Positions 62,568 through 64,000 of a DNA stretch of 64,000 nt are shown here, piece after piece. Position 1 is the stretch's first letter; every line of letters starts with the position of its first letter. The notes below the pieces were generated by a model. The model was not told the origin of the DNA, did not search any database, and worked only from the letters and a program-made list of their open reading frames with translations. Made by a program: the position numbers and the translations under genes. This DNA comes from Eledone cirrhosa (taxonomy: Eukaryota), in assembly GCA_964016885.1 (NCBI GenBank), contig CAXHJY010000825.1, positions 1-64,000 on the forward strand. Direction: 5' to 3'.

Positions 62568-63140
62568 TACAAGGGTAAGTGGAATGGTTCATAGGCTGAC
62601 TATGAAGGAGGCATGCTAGAGCTGTGAAATCTTGCATGCATTAATTTCAAATCTTAAAAATAACTGCATTGTTTCTTTCCAGGGTGTATGTTAAAAATAA
62701 ACCTCATTTGGTCATTCCATGAGAGTATCTTGGTCAGCCTATGACCTTTTCAACCGACCCTTGTATGTTGAAAAAATAGACCTCATTTGGTCATTCCATG
62801 AGAGTATCTTGGTCAGCCTATGACCTTTTCAACCGACCCTTGTATGTTGAAAAAATAGACCTCATTTGGTCATTCCATGAGAGTATCTTGGTCAGCCTAT
62901 GACCTTTTCAACCGACCCTTGTATGTTGAAAAAATAGACTTCATTTGGTCATTCCATGAGAGTATCTTGGTCAGCCTATGACCTTTTCAACCGACCCTTG
63001 TATGTTGAAAAAATACTCATTTGGTCATTCTATGAGAGTATCTTGGTCAGCCTATGACCTTTTCAACCGACCCTTGTATGTTGAAAAAATAGACCTCATT
63101 TGGTCATTCCATGAGAGTATCTTGGTCAGCTTATGAATTT
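62568..63140. mobile_element. Mariner-like MITE with its right end amplified as a 79-bp tandem repeat x5.5
   Basis: The left end TACAAGGGT..TTCATAGGCTGAC is inverted relative to GTCAGCCTATGACCTTTTCAACCGACCCTTGTA, which ends each unit. Confidence 0.7.
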
Positions 63141-63416
63141 TTAAGCCAACCATCATGTATTTCCTGACTAGTTCTAATTACCTGTGTTAGATGTTACTGA
63201 TATTAATTAATTACTGACTAATTATATTTTTAATTAACTATTTATGAATTACACTGCTAATTAATTATGATAGTTATTATTATTGTAAATTATTTTTTAT
63301 TCTAAGCTGGCCACAGCTTGTCTGATAATGTATAAGAAAGGAGTATTGTGATGACTGTAGTTGTGGTTGGTGGTGTAGCAGTAGCACCCCTTCTACCAAA
63401 ATAGACATTAACCATG

Positions 63417-63448
<32 letters not shown>

Positions 63449-63506
63449 ACGTGTGTGTAGTAGTAGCACCCCTTCTACCAAAATAGATATTAACCATGAT
63501 ATATAT

Positions 63507-63938
63507 CAAGACAATGTCACTGGACCGAGACCTTTGGCGGAACTCAGTAATAGAGAAGACCCGCCTTACCTAAATACAAAGTAAAACCTACTACAGTCAG
63601 TAGGCATCTCTAACAAAATACACCCCCACCCCATCCACACCGCCCCCTTCTATGTAAAGTTGTGTTGGTGCCACACCATCCAGGCCGAAACAAATGAGAT
63701 CGTGTAGGTGTCACGACAAAAAAACACACAGTCCACGCTGTAATGTGGCCGTGTAGGCAACACGGTAAAAACCTCCCAGACCCACACTGTAAATGTGGTT
63801 GGTGTTAGGAAGGGCATCCAACTGTAGAAAACCCGCCAGACAGTCCTATGCGAGCAAGACAACCACTCTTGCCTCAAGTGGGAAAACCCCCCGTCCAAAC
63901 CCATGCAAGCGTGGAACACGGACGTTAAACGTTGATGA

Positions 63939-63941
<3 letters not shown>
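63507..63941 (+). mobile_element. RTE LINE 3' end
   Basis: Highly similar to 10150-10573; (GAT)n tail running into (TA)n. Confidence 0.9.

Positions 63942-64000
<59 letters not shown>

Overview
AT-rich, extremely repeat-rich eukaryotic DNA. The repeat content (kb-long TA/TATG microsatellites, RTE and CR1 LINEs, two tRNA-derived SINE families) resembles an octopus or other coleoid cephalopod genome; this is an inference. I can support no host protein-coding gene, and nearly all ORF-track entries are microsatellite artefacts. The one long real ORF is a 5'-truncated RTE-clade LINE reverse transcriptase (8717-10228) with a C4HC3 PHD-like finger inserted in the RT. The main hidden signal is a set of type I hammerhead ribozyme (HHR) motifs. 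First, a 466-bp x3.2 tandem array (5735-7221) has one minus-strand minimal HHR per unit, and the units fold almost entirely into hairpins and carry an octamer motif, making it a candidate retrozyme/circRNA locus. Second, a Penelope-like fragment has ~685-bp inverted repeats, each bearing an HHR (1082-3411). Third, there are solo and back-to-back HHR motifs at about 18570, 45235, 47952-48049 and 48971-49135, the last with a non-canonical core. Several minisatellites and satellites derive from pieces of SINEs, LINE tails, a piggyBac-like MITE and a mariner terminus. All folds were read by eye and are not computed.
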